Positions 1-12,774 are shown, counted from the stretch's first letter. The stretch is 64,000 nucleotides of DNA from Vicugna vicugna (GCA_013265495.1 MU058781.1:9715009-9779008), one strand, 5' to 3'. The notes: generated by a model from the sequence alone, not told the origin. Program-made: numbers and translations.

Positions 1-154
1 TTAATTCTTTTCTTTACAGTTAGTAGTATTTGACTAGTCCTCAGAAGTATCCATAAAGAGGACAGATGGCAGCATTTTTTTTTCTTAGTAGATGACTAAC
101 TTAGAAAGGTTGTTATTATATAATCATTTGTCTAGCAGGAATTAGAATAAGTAT

Positions 155-305
155 CTTAGAACTGGAAGAGACCTGGGAAATAATCTAATCCTCCCACTGC
201 CAGTCATTTTGCAGATAAGGAGATTGGGTCATGGAGAGGTTAAGAGATTTGCTCAAGGTCACACAGCTAGTTTTCACCAGAGCTAGAGTCAGAACTCATT
301 TTTAC
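155..305 (-). mobile_element. MIR-family SINE
   Basis: cattttgcagataaggag...gttaagagatttgctcaaggtcacacagctagt is the reverse complement of the MIR core. Confidence 0.8.
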
Positions 306-539
306 TCATTGATTCCCGAGTTGTGCATGTTCTGTAAGCCTGCTTTCCCTTCGGTCTCCTTCCTCACTGCAGAACTAGTCTGCAGTTCTTTCATTATGGA
401 AGTCATTTGTGCTTGTTGATGCCTAAGATATGTATTACTCAGAGCTCACATAGGAAAATATGGGAAAATACTGGTGTGATTCTGTGCAGTAGAAATACAT
501 ACAGAGTAAGCTTGATTCTGTGACAGTCAACATACTGAA

Positions 540-710
540 CAGAAAGTTACAAAACTAGAAATGGAGATTACCAGTCTCTATCTTCTGTCCGCTAGCTGTG
601 TGAGTTTAGGTGAATCATTCCTCTCTCTCTCGGGACCAGTGTTGTACAGTGAGAGGGATAGCACTTTGATAGTTGTTCGAGGTTTCCTCTGTTTGCTTCC
701 TCTAACAGTC
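540..710 (+). mobile_element. MIR-family SINE (degenerate)
   Basis: ctagctgtgtgagtttaggtgaatcattcctctctct resembles the MIR core. Confidence 0.55.
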
Positions 711-1052
711 TATCAGTGCCCTGGAAAAGTGATCCTACATTTTTGAAGCTGTGACCAAAGTCTCATTTTAGTCAATCATGGTCTATAGACTCTGTCATGA
801 ATTAAAGGAAAGCTGCTTCCAAATAAAGACATGCCACAGTTAAGGTTGTATTATAAGGAACTGTTGCCCTGGTGGTGCGTCTCATATTAAAGGAAAAGAA
901 GAGTTCTGGATCTGAGATTCTACCAGATTTGTACTCATTTCTAATCTCGGGAGCATAATAATAGACATGGTTACCTTGAACCTGTGTTTATAGTTGGGCA
1001 ACATTAGACAAAAACAGAAGAATGACTATGTAGCAAAAAAGAGTACTGACGA

Positions 1053-1345
1053 GTGTGCTATCTAATATGGTAGTCACTAGCCCCGGATGTCTACTGAGTA
1101 CTTAAAGTGTGGCTAGCATGAATAGTAAGGATACAATGCTCTAGATTTTGAAGACTTAGCATAATAACAAGAAAGTAAAATATGTATCTGATTAATTTTA
1201 ATATTGGCTTCATGTTAAAAAGGATATATTGGATTAAAAATGTTATTAAAATTAATTTTCTTATTTCACTTTGTCAAATGTTGCTTCTAGAGAGTATAAA
1301 ATTATATGTGTGGCTCACATTGTATTTCTGTTGGGCAGCACTAGT
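1053..1345. mobile_element. MER33-like hAT-Charlie MITE
   Basis: Ends gtgctatctaatatggtagtcactag and tgtggctcacattgtatttctgttgggcagcac, with internal gattttgaagacttag; matches recalled MER33. Confidence 0.8.
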
Positions 1346-2589
1346 CTGTGCTGTGGCTTGCCTACTTCTAATGTGGAGAATAGCTCTTGTTGTCTCAGAA
1401 TTTTTGTGATGAACAGAATTTAAGAGACACTAGGGAGTGTACTGGGAGCTTGGAAAGGACAGATGACTATGGAATCCTTGAGAGGAGTGACCTTCCCACA
1501 GTTGGGGTGGCAGCTTCTTTCTTGCAGTTGCTAGCTTCTTCATGATCCTGCATTCCTGTTTTTAATGCTAATGAGCTTACTTGGAACACTGTGAAGTGAT
1601 GTAGAGAAGAGTGTGATCAGCTACCAATTCACAATCAACTGATTGAAATCAATTCTCAAAACACTTCTAATCTCCACAGTGCCAGATGTCTTGACTTTTA
1701 AAGGGTTTTTCTTTTTTAGTACAGTTTGTTGGCTTCAAGTAGATTTAGTCTGAAGTTCTTAGAATGCCAAAAAGGCATAATTACCCAGAGGATTCATGGT
1801 AATAGGGAAATTATAGAAGGTGGAATAGAATAGATGGAATAGATACCCTAAAGGGTCATAAAAGGGCTATTACAAATTTGCCAGTAATAATGAAACATTT
1901 GAGCAGTAACAGTTGTAAGCTTGTGGGATAACCACCGTCATCATAAACAAGGTCTTTGAAAATAGTATTGAATTTAAGTTTTGAGAAAGAACAGAACACT
2001 GATTATGTTAATGATATTCAGTGTATTTCAATATTGCTTTAAACTGTGAAAGTACAACTGCTTATTTAACATTATAATACATAGATTTATCATATCTTAG
2101 AGGCTTTTCCTGTATAGTTGAAAGCTCACTGCAGTCTGAAGAGCTGAAGTGGGCATTTGTAGTGATGAGGAAACAGAGGTGCAGGCAGACGGGATAAGCG
2201 ACTTGGTAGTGCTAGACCTGGGGCCTACATCTCTTGATTTAGAGTCAAGTCCTGCTTTTGTGTTACCTGAGAAATATACTTCCTTAAAGCTGCTATTTAT
2301 AAAAAAAAATTACATTACTAAATGACAAAATCTTTTAGCTCCTAAATCCTCTTGACAACTTGTTTCTTAAATCAGAGAGCCATCTAAAACCCTCAATCCT
2401 CTAGTAAAGTTATTTGTTTATGTACAGAAGTGTGGCAATAACAAAAAAAGAAACAAATATTTTTTAAAAATACAAAAAGGGCATCTTGTTTGCTGACTAA
2501 AATAAAGGAAAACTTACTTTGACAAACTAAGAGTAATTCTCAAGGTCAGGGCCTCCTGAAACCAAAAAACAGTATCAAAGGAAAAGGAA

Positions 2590-4150
2590 AGGAGACTTTT
2601 GCTTTATGTCATGACTAAGTATGGTTCTGCTGACTGACACTTTGACCAGAAAATAGCTATAAATTCTGGAAAACACAAAAAGCAGTCACTTGAAGGCACT
2701 AGAGTAAACACAATAAAGAGTCTAATAAAGAAATCTTGAAGAGAAGTTAAATGGAGTTATTGCCTGTTTTCATGACTTTTAATCTTTGGACATGGCATGC
2801 AGAGGAAGAGGGTGCTAGTAAACAAATCTACAGTCCTCAGCAGAGAGCCAGAACCCTAAATCTGGGAAAAACACCGCCAGCCAGCGGAGATAAGGGGAAG
2901 TTCTAGAAGGGAAAGGGCTGTAAGTGAGATTCCCATATTCTCTTTCCCCACTTACCTGACTTACCTGATTCACAAAAACAGAAAAGAATCAAAGCAATTT
3001 GGCTAAAGATAAAATATCTGAATCAGGACCATTGCTGTCATCCGAAAATGAAAAATTGCAGTTCTGAGTTGAGGCAAGATACTTGTTTGCTAAACCAGAA
3101 GGAACAAGACTCATAGGAGAAACATAACAGGATCCAGAATCTCTACATCTTAGCATCTATAATGTTAAGGATACAATCCAAAATTACATACATACAAATA
3201 AAACAGACAATAGAGTGTATTCCCATAAGAAAAGGCCACTAACTGAAATCAATACCAAGATGGCACAGATGTTGGAAGTAGCAGATAATTTTTAAAACCG
3301 CTATCATGACCATCTGCTAGGAAGTAAATGCAATATATTCAGAGTGAATGGAGGGATAGAAAATCTTCTGCAGAAAAAAAATAGAGAAAATAAATAATGG
3401 GAATTCTAGAACTGTAAAATTCAGTACCTGAAAAAGAGATGCTCTTGATAGAGTAACAGCCAAATAGAGTTGGTTCAAAGGAAAAACTAAGTGGACTTTA
3501 AGATAGATTAATAGTAATTATTCAATATAAAGATCAGGGAAGATCAGATTAAAATAAATATGAACAGAACTTCAGAGATCTGTTAGGTAATATTGAGTGG
3601 CTTAACTTACATGTACTTGGAGTTCCAAAAATAGAGGAGAAAAACAATAGAGCACAAAAAAATTTTGAAGAAATAATAGTGAATGTTTTCCCAAATTTGG
3701 TATAGGCTGACTTTTCTTTAGAGATAATTGGAGCCAGAAGAGTGCAGAACAGCATTTTCATAATGATGAAGGAAAAAAGAAAACCCCCAAAATGTCGACC
3801 TAGAATTCTGTATCCAGCAACAATATTTTTTAAGAAATAGGGCAAAATAAAAACATTTTTCAGATAAAAGAATGCTACCAGTATTCCTTATCAGCAGATT
3901 TACTATAAAAAAAAAGTTATTCAGGCTAAAGGGAATTAATAGTAGAAGGAAAATTTGATCTTCATAAAGGAATGAAAAGCATGGCAAGTGATAAATATAT
4001 GGGTAAATTAAAAATATTTTGTTTTGCTTTTTAAAAAAAATCTCTGTATAATCTGCATGGTTGTTTAAAGGAAAATCAGAATTTTACATTTAAGTTGTTT
4101 ATAACCGATGTAGATGTAAGATGTGTAATAGCTGTAGAATAAAGGAAAAG
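2590..4150 (+). mobile_element. Ancient L1M fragment (5' region and decayed ORF1)
   Basis: ORF1-like remnants: ttggagttccaaaa...aaaattttgaagaaataatagtgaatgttttcccaaatttgg and acctagaattctgtatccagcaa...ggcaaaataaaaacatttttcagataaa; many stops. Confidence 0.75.
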
Positions 4151-4228
4151 AAGGTGCAGGGTATCAGCCTGAAACAAATACTAAAAAGGAGTTGCTTTTT
4201 TTCAGAGAGGTCAAAAATTAAGTATTTT

Positions 4229-4438
4229 CTAGAATATCACTATCCAAAACAATTTTATGCAATGATGCAAATATGTCCTCACTGACCAATAGAGCAGTCA
4301 CCAGCCACATTTGGCTTTGAGCACTTGAAGTGTAGCTAGTGGATCTAAGGAATTAATTTTTTGTATAACTTAATTTTAATTAATTTAAATTTAAATAACC
4401 ACACGTGGCTAGTAGTTACCACATTAGAATGGCTCTGG
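4229..4438. mobile_element. MER3-like hAT-Charlie MITE
   Basis: cagccacatttggctttgagcacttgaagtgtagctagtg...taatttaaatttaaataaccacacgtggctagtagttacc. Confidence 0.8.
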
Positions 4439-4860
4439 AATACATACACTTGAGTCTTCAAGGCAACAATTCAGTGATTTTCAATAGACAGAGACTATAT
4501 ATAGATACTGACATTAAAACTGTTAAAGGTTTTAATTTGTTAAAAACAAATACTTAACGTGCGAAATTTCACGTGAGTAAATGGTTTATCTGTAACTCCC
4601 AGTCAGCCGGCTATTCTCATGACTGGGATGGTACTGGGCAAATTAGTTTCGACTAAATTCAGAGTTAAGAAATTGAAATCGTATTTGGATAAGATAGTCA
4701 ATAAATAATTTTAATTGAACAGCTAATATAAACAGTTCAGAAAGAATATTTCACATTAAACCTTGAAAGGTATGAAGATCACTATCTCTCAGTTATTGAA
4801 AGCCACACACAAACTGCTGTTTTGAATCTTATCTCTGACTTGATTTTAAATGATTTTATT

Positions 4861-5012
4861 CTTCTGATATTTCTAACTGCTATACAGTTAGAAATATCAG
4901 AAGTATATGGTTGGAAAGCCAAAAGGAAGAAAGGATAGGGAGATCAGAATACTGAAGAATACTTCTTCAGAAGTATATGGTTGGAAAGCCAAAAGGAAGA
5001 AAGGATAGGGAG
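4861..5012. repeat. Perfect 19-bp inverted repeat overlapping a perfect 46-bp direct repeat
   Basis: IR arms 4861-4879 and 4885-4903 (loop CTATA); direct copies 4897-4942 and 4967-5012. Confidence 0.95.
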
Positions 5013-5094
5013 GCCAAAGTAATGCTAAACCCCGGATGGGAAAATAAGATACTGCTTGGCTCCCTGATAATCCTAATAAAAACAGTAATCATGA

Positions 5095-5320
5095 TAACTA
5101 AATAACTGAAAGTTACTGAGCAGTCATTTCTACCCATTATTGTTTGAAGCACATAAATTCTCTCTTTTACTTCTCACCGAAACCCAGTATGGTAGTCAGT
5201 GTTAATATCTCCGTTTTACAGGTGAGGATATATGAGACTTTAATGTGTAAGTAAGCCACCCACAGTCACCTTATTTGTGGTAGAAGAGTCACTTAACTCA
5301 GAATATTGTCTGTGTTTCCT
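5095..5320 (-). mobile_element. MIR-family SINE
   Basis: atctccgttttacaggtgaggatatgagact...gtaagtaagccacccacagtcac. Confidence 0.65.
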
Positions 5321-5888
5321 AACCAGACTACTCATCTAGAAGGCAGACATCAGTTGTCTAATCTTCATCTCAACCAGAAGGAAAGTCTGCAACTTGAAAC
5401 AGTTAGTTCTAAGAGATTTCAAAGAAATGAAAAACCGATGTGACTCTGAGAAATCTGAGAAGGCTTTATTTTTAAAATGAGTAACAACTAGGTCCTGAGT
5501 TGCTTTTTTATGTCATTGGTCTGATTTAAGCAAGAAAGCTCAAGTGGGGGGACCTGTTATGATAGGACTGTAAACAAAGTTCATACCACCCCCCACAGTT
5601 GAAATAAGCATGGTAAAACAGAGCACTCGAGGTAAGAAGAGAGACAGAGAATGAATCAGGATCATGAAGGGCCTTAAAGGCCATTTCAAAATTGCTTTGT
5701 CTTATAGTAGTAGGTCCTGGATCAGTAACCTTTCACTTTGGATCTTGACTCCTTAGTAGGTTATGAAATTAATGCATTTGGTCACAGCATATTTGTTTTA
5801 ATGCAATGGATAGAATAGAGTAGAATGGAAAGAAATCGGTGGCTTATAGTTATAAAGATTTTTGTGAAGTGCTTGTTTTAGTTACGAG

Positions 5889-6936
5889 CAGTCAATTCTT
5901 GTTATTTGTGGTAGTTACGTTCTATGGAGTTGGCGAAAACATAAATTAGTAAATATGGAACCGTTGCTCCTAGGGGATGTACAGGCTTCTCCCAATATTT
6001 GAAACTTGAGTGTTCCTATGAAACTTTCTGTAAGCTGAAATGGCATAAAGCAAAGAGGCAGTTACCTTAGGACACAACTTGCTAACTGGCGTACAAAATA
6101 AATCAAGATAAAGCACAGATGCTCGTGGACACAGTTTAAGTTATGGTGACTTGATGTTGAGTTGCTGAATGTTTCTGGGGAAGGTGCACTTCCCACCACT
6201 GCTTGGGGTGCAAGCTGCCTCTCTGACACCCAGCTGTAAAACAGGATGAGTGCAATTTTTACTCTTCACTTTTTTCTGTAAAAGTGAAAATCATCTTCAA
6301 ATTTTTTTTCAGTTAGTAAAAACAGGTACTAACATAGGTGTTTTGTGAAAATGAAATGGTGTGAAGTGAAGAATCGGATAGTTAGGTTCTTCTGATCCTC
6401 TGGTTACAAAGTTTTCATCAATCAATCAATACAGAACCTGGTTTTACATGTGTTTGTGTTTAAAGACACCATATTTGATATATACAGTTGATTCATTAAC
6501 GCTGAACTGACGGCCAGCACCACTACAACTTATGCATGAACAAAACTTGTCCAGCACATATATTTTCTCCTTTAGATACATAACAGCCTTCTTGTGCTTA
6601 AGAACACTAGTTAGCCCTTCAGCACTGTTCTTGGGGAACCCTTCTTAAACAGCAAAATTACCCACAAAAAAAGCACGAAAATGCAGAAGATGTGGCATTA
6701 AACAGACTGTGAAAAGGATCCTTGTTTGCAACCTGAGAGCTGCAGCAAGGAGGCAGAGCATCACATGTTCAGCCTCCTTGGGGGCATGAGCATCAGGAGA
6801 CTGGAAGTTTTCATCTCTACACACGTGTGTGAAAGACTGCAGAAGTGCTGCGAGTGTTGATCTGGGGGTTATAAGTCTATTTTAGCAAGTAGATGAATTT
6901 GCACATACCTAATCTGTGAATAATGAGCATCAACTG
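5889..6936. mobile_element. MER82-like TcMar-Tigger element, itself interrupted at 5982-6380
   Basis: Terminal inverted repeats cagtcaattcttgttattt / gaataatgagcatcaactg, followed by TA; long internal similarity to recalled MER82. Confidence 0.85.
5982..6380. mobile_element. Non-autonomous Tigger-like (TcMar) element nested in MER82; subfamily not assigned
   Basis: Starts TA|CAGG; host MER82 resumes at 6381 (gttaggttc); right terminal repeat appears deleted. Confidence 0.65.
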
Positions 6937-7595
6937 TATGTGTATAGACACAAAGATATGTTTATTACATCACAATGTAAGATATATTACTCAAGAAAAA
7001 ATATTTTTTGAGAACTATTACCCTAGATAATCAGGATACTGAGAAATGGCATGGTGAATGGTGTTTTAAGATGGATACAGCATTGATATGCAGAAGGAGG
7101 GTAAGAGGCAAAGAGATAAGCTAGGGTAGAATTCTCTTGTATTCTAACCCTGTAAGGTAATGAGGGAAAGAGGAGGGATGGGGAATAAGGATGGAAATTA
7201 AGCCAAGAAAAAAAATTTGATGAATTGATTACAAATTGAATATATGAATGAAGAAGAAAAAGTCACAAGGAAATCAAGTCAGTTATTATCCTGAAGATTT
7301 CTCGTCTAGAAACACGAAGAGTGGTGGGTATGGAGAAATTATGCATAATGGAAGGAATAGCACTTAAGATGCTGGTGGGATCCAGTTTGTCTTGGCTCTA
7401 TGGCTTTCTTAGCCTTGTGGCCTTTGGCAGATCACAAAGCCTTTCACCTCATCTTTAAAATAACGCTGCTTGAAGTGCACATTAATTATGACAGTCAAAT
7501 GATGCAGTGTATGTATATATGATACTAAACACAGTAACACCTGGGATCTAAGTAGCTGTTGTGTAAATACCAGGTGATATGTTTATGTATTTAGT

Positions 7596-7606
7596 GTGTG
7601 TGTGTG

Positions 7607-7642
<36 letters not shown>
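7596..7642. repeat. Compound (TG)n(TA)n(TG)n microsatellite
   Basis: Read directly. Confidence 0.95.
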
Positions 7643-7643
<1 letters not shown>

Positions 7644-7999
7644 ACAAAATGCATGCAAAATATACCACATTTTCTCCTGAAGAAATTGGGACTGCTAAAA
7701 AGAGGTACTCAACTGGTTAAAAATCTGAGACCAAAATAAAGCTAAGAGGCTAGGGTTATAGATTCATGCATTATCAAAAACAAAGAAAGAAGCGAAAGAA
7801 AGACTGAAAGAACCAGGAGTAAAATATTAAGTATATAAGCAGAATCATATAATTCAGTCATTCACATATATTATGAAAATACATATTATGAGACATTTAT
7901 AATATGTATTTACAACTCTACATGTATATAACATGTTAAAATTTAAAATAATGTACACTGTATATGTTTATAATACTGTTTTATAATAGTACCAGTTTT

Positions 8000-9400
8000 C
8001 AGAGGTCTAGAGCATAAGAAATACACAGTAAAATTGCCTGACAAAATGTAACTTTTGTTTGAGAAGGCAGCAGCATCATGCAAGCAGCCATAATCACGAG
8101 TTATCGATTTTTACCATAATGGCAAAGCTTGGAATTGCTATTAGAGAGGAGCTTCTGGCTGAAAGACTACCAAATATGCAGGCTTTTACTGTAATTTGTT
8201 CTACAGGCTAAAGTTAGTATTGTCAAACACTGCAGGCAACATCATAGATTTTAAGGCTTCAGTATCATTATATCTCCCAAGGTATTAAATGCAATTCAAA
8301 CACAGAAAAATGCTCTTCTCTCATTTTGTCTTTTCTTTTTGATGAGAGATGAATGGATCCACTTGAGAAATGATTATATTGACTGTTGTAGTTTAAAATT
8401 TTCTTTAGCACTACAGAGCTGACAAGAGGTGGCAAGCTGGTAAGTCCAAATAGGCTGATGAGGTGTGATTTCCCATCCCAGATCTTTTCTCTGCAGCATA
8501 ATGGAACAGAGTGTACTGTAATGAGTCATTCCCCAACGAATTACATCCCTCTTGCATCCTTACAAACCGTTTTCATTAATATTAATCTTACTAATTGTAA
8601 TTACAACTTGCCAGTGAATAATGGAAATTACGTTTTTACAAATTTGGCCTCCTAAAGACTTCATACCCCCCAGCCCCCCTAGCATCCCGGTCATAGCAGT
8701 CTGATGGCTTTCAAAGAACAAGCCAAATTGTCAAACTCTGTGTGTAATGTCATGTTCGATCTGGAGCTGAAAAATGCGGCCTCAGGTTTCTGGCCTGTCT
8801 TTTATGTTGCAGAAGCACAGAATTGTTAAACAATCTGGGGAAATTGAAGGCAGCAAATGTGCAGTAAAATTTCCTGTGTCTTTCAATGCTGCATAACAAG
8901 AGGGACCCATAAAGCTTGCTCTGCTCCTGCATTGGATGCTGACTTATCTGCAAGAACACCAATCACAAAAGATGTAAAGAAAAACAGAACTTTTTAAAAA
9001 ATAAACTTCAGGAAGTAGTTTTAAAGTTTCCCTCTTTCTCTCTCCTCGGAGTTTCAGCTAAAGCTCAAAGCTTTGCTAAAATGTGCTGCTTGAAACTATG
9101 AAAATGAAACAAGCTCTACTTTCCATTTTCTCCCTCAATTCCCAGCTTTCAGAATGGCCTTGTGATAATCTGAACTTATGGATGTGTTTTAATTAAGGAC
9201 TTCATCACTAAAGTATAGTAACATCAACCCAAGATCTCCTGTGATGCTCCTGCTTTATTTCCGGTTTTCCAACATCCTGTGTTTTATCTTGTTGGTGTGT
9301 CACCGTCATATCTTGGAGTTTCTTTTGAGGTTGCCAAAAAATCCCGGAAGCTTAAAGGAGAGAAAACATCTTCAGCCACTTTGTCTTTTTTTCTTTTTTT
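8000..9400. promoter_or_regulatory. Putative conserved non-coding element / developmental enhancer
   Basis: No repeat that I recognise; clustered TAAT/ATTA motifs and palindromes (8575-8586, 8595-8606), AP-1 TGAGTCA 8522-8528, TCF/LEF-like TTCAAAG 8710-8716. Conservation is inferred, not measured. Confidence 0.4.
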
Positions 9401-10021
9401 CCCCTTGATGAAGTAATTAATCTCTGAAACCGTACTCAGTTCAGTACATGGGACACATGAGTACCTTTTTTTAAAATGTCATATTTAGATCAAACGAGGA
9501 GTGACTGTGTTGAAAAGAAGGCAGTGATTTTAAAAAAGAATTTTTCTGTCATGAGCATTATGTGTATTTTCCTTGCATCAGGCAGTGGGCATATTTTTGA
9601 TGCCTTTTGCTTTATTTTAGAAAGTGCTTGCACTTTTGTCTTATGTGGAAGGTCAAAAATGTGAGCAGTACCAACTGTTCATCACCTACATTAATGTACG
9701 TTGAGATAAGGTGTTAAAGGAATTCTCCTTTCTTCCTCTTTCTAACTCTCAGATTCATCCCTAAAGCTATGATGTGTCTGTCCATCTGCAGCAAGGAAAA
9801 AGAGGGGGAGCAGTGATGGCTTAGAGCAGGGTGTCACACCCCTGGGGATGAGTAGGCATTGATGGGAGGGCAGCCTGGTCAGGAGGATGGTCATTTGTGG
9901 GGACAGCCTATTGTGGGGTTTTAGAGATAAAGCAGGGGGAAGAAGATACACATGTGTGTAGTTAATTGAAATGTAGGTCCCAAATGGGTATGTCCAGGTC
10001 CTAACTCCCAGTACCAAACTC

Positions 10022-10441
10022 TGTATTAGTTTACCAGGGCTGCTGTGACAAATTACCGCAAACTTGATAGCTTACTACATCAGAAATTCTTCTACCTTTC
10101 TGGAGGACAGAATATCAAAATCTAGGTATTAGCAAGGTGTTTCCTTCTGGAATTACTGAAGGAGAAGCTTTGCCAGGCATCTTTCTACCTTCTGATGGCT
10201 GTCAGCATCCCTTTGATGTTCCTTGGCTTGTAGATACATCACTCCAACCTCTGACTCTGTCTTCCCATGGCCCTCTCTGCTCTTTCTGTCTCTTATCAGG
10301 GCATCCATTAATGGATTTAAGGCCATCACTAATCCAGGATGATCTCACCTCGAAATCCTTACCTTAGTTAATCTGCAAAGACCCTTGTTCCAAATAATGC
10401 CACATCCTGAAATTTTCAGTGATTGTATTCTTTTCCAGTGG
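10022..10441 (-). mobile_element. MLT1C-like ERVL-MaLR solo LTR (a short + strand MLT1 5' fragment precedes it at ~9953-10016)
   Basis: tgtattagtttaccagggctgctgtgacaaattacc ... tctgcaaagacccttgttccaaataa ... aacccactaca. Confidence 0.85.
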
Positions 10442-10649
10442 GCTGCTATTTAACCCACTACAATATGGTAGGGGGTGGCTGATCTTGTGGAGTCAGAGAT
10501 CGAGGGAGATGAGGGGGGCATTCCTGTGGAGGGGCAGTTGCATCAAAACCCATACAGGGCAGAAGAGCATCCACACAGGAAGTGACCTGGCAAAGGTCGT
10601 CAGATCCAGAGTGGGGCGAATGGGCATCTGCATGCGAATGGGACAGGAA

Positions 10650-11715
10650 GGGGATATGAGAACTTGGTTACATACGATGAACTGATCAAATAGGCAGATA
10701 CATGGAGGGTAATGGAAGCCAAGTTTCTCACTGTCAGAGAATTTAAAAATATGAAAAAGAAGAAAATACTGGAGTTGAACACATTGATGTGAACTCTATA
10801 TTTTTTAAATTAAATATAGATAGCTATAATAATACATTAAGATGTAAACGTATGTAGATTTGTATATATGTGTTATTCCCTAGCACTATCCTCTGGATGA
10901 GCCTGGGAACAAGACACTGCAATAGCAGTGAGCACGCTTAGCACCCATATCTTGGCTTCTGATGATCAGTTTGCATTATAAGAAAAGAGAGCCCCTTGGA
11001 AAAAATGGTTAATTTCAGAGTTTGGATAGAGAAAGTACAGTATAAGCCTGGAGCATCTTGTGCCAGAAAATGTGATGGGAATATGTCAAAAGGACCTAGA
11101 AGTCATCTTAAAGAGGCTCCCATAGGCCAAATTGGGAATAATTTGATCAAGAAAATAAATGAATATTATGTATTATAGCCTATTAAATTAAGAAAATCAT
11201 AATTCCACGGTGATAGCCATAAATAAGTGAGTAAATTAAAATTTGATGAATGGGAGATTTAGATACCTTCAAATATTTCCCCATAAGACACTAATGATAA
11301 AGGAGGAAACAAGTAACTTTCAAGTGGGAACCCCTGGCAGATACCAACTTAACCAAGTAATGAAAGTGGACACCATCAGTGATGGCGTAAGTCCAAACTG
11401 TCACCTGATAGAATGCAATGAGAAACAGCTGTTATTCTTGCCACAGACACATAAACAGAGTCTAATCATGAGGAAGCATCATAAACCCTCATGGAGGCAT
11501 AGTCTACAAAAGAATTAAACTCTAATTCTCAGAAATGTCGAAGGTATTAAAGTCCAGGAAAGACAAAGGAACTGTTCCAGTCTGAGGCATCTTGAAAGAC
11601 ATGATAACTCATTGCAGTGTGTGATTCTGAAATGGACCGATTGTTTTGAGAATTGGTAAAACTTGAATGGAGTCTGAAAATTAGATTGATGGTAACTCCT
11701 CAGTGTATGAATTAC
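10650..11715 (+). mobile_element. Old L1MC-type 3' UTR fragment
   Basis: aagccaagtttctcactgtcagaga; atgtcaaaaggacctagaagtcatcttaaagaggctcccataggccaaattggga; ctaatcatgaggaagcatca. Confidence 0.75.
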
Positions 11716-12774
11716 TTAGGAAATACCTGGAGCAGAGTATGCACTCGTTAATTTTAGCTCTGATTATGATAAAAAGGAGGAGGAGGTGGAGAAGAAAGAG
11801 GAGGAAGAGGTGGAGGGGAAGGAAAACAATGAAGTTCCACATGAAAAATAGATCTGGCAGCTCTCTATCATAATATCCTGAAATCTGGAAGATGAATGTT
11901 CTGGATTCATATGGAGAAAACTGTTTCCCTCAGGTCTTGTCAAGTTAAATTGAGATGTAAATGTAAGTTACGTTCTTTTTAGCCCACAGAGAAATAAAAA
12001 GCATTTGACCAGGAAACTCAGTACATGTGACCCACGAATTGTAAAATTAAATTGTTTTCATGGAAGTGAAAAATTCAGGTTTCTTCCAATGTCTAAAGAA
12101 AAGAAACGAACATGAGAGAGGGAGCTTGAAATGTCCCAGCATTGGAGTATTGGGAGCAGTTCGCTGAACTGTAGGTTTGGGAGGGATAATGAAAAGCTTG
12201 CCAAGAGCCTCATATAAAGGCAGTTGGGAAGCACTGATTCCTCGTTCCATTTTTCAAGGGAAATATAAATCCCTGTGTAGTATCAGTACTTGCACGTAGA
12301 TCTTGGCTCCTGTGAAGTGTAGAGTTCAAAATGTGTTGCCATTTGTGGTCAGGGAAGTCCTATGAGTGTCCCTCACTTATGTTGCGATGGGATTTCTTTG
12401 GCTTGTGAATTTCCATAGGCCAGTGTTTCAGGAACCCCAACCTCATGCAGCACTACCTCAACTAAGAAGTCTGGAAAGAAAGCATTTCCCTGTTCGCCGC
12501 AAAGCCCTTGTCCTGAAACTCCCCATGTTGTCTTGAGTTGTCATGAGTGTGGAGTTGACCCATTTAATACATAATCCTCAACATGCTTGATGATCTGATT
12601 TTCCAGAACCCCTCACCTAGGAAATAAGAAATTATTGATAGAACCTTAATGGAGAAAGTTAGTATGTGGAGAGATGGTGGAAACAGAAAGTCGACGCCAG
12701 CCACCCGACAGGAGGGAAACAGCAATGAAAATGGTCATGCAGAAGTAGTTTATATCACAGTCCAGAAGGGGGAA

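Larger units (their letters stand above)
5723..7020. mobile_element. MER112-like hAT-Charlie element split by a MER82 insertion (halves ~5723-5885 and ~6937-7020)
   Basis: GAATA-type repeat (gatagaatagagtagaatgg), tcacaatgtaagatatatt, tttgagaactatta; degenerate 8-bp TSD TCCTGGAT (5715-5722) / CCCTAGAT (7021-7028). Confidence 0.6.

Noticed and set aside
4861..4903. Possible pre-miRNA hairpin
   Set aside because: The 19-bp stem with a 5-nt loop is too short and too perfect, with no basal stem; better explained by fold-back synthesis
4897..5012. Repeat-spacer-repeat resembling a CRISPR unit
   Set aside because: Only two copies, the spacer is locally templated, the context is mammalian and there are no cas genes
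12205..12222. CATATAAAGG, TATA- or CArG-like motif
   Set aside because: Imperfect for both; no CpG island or downstream exon to support a promoter
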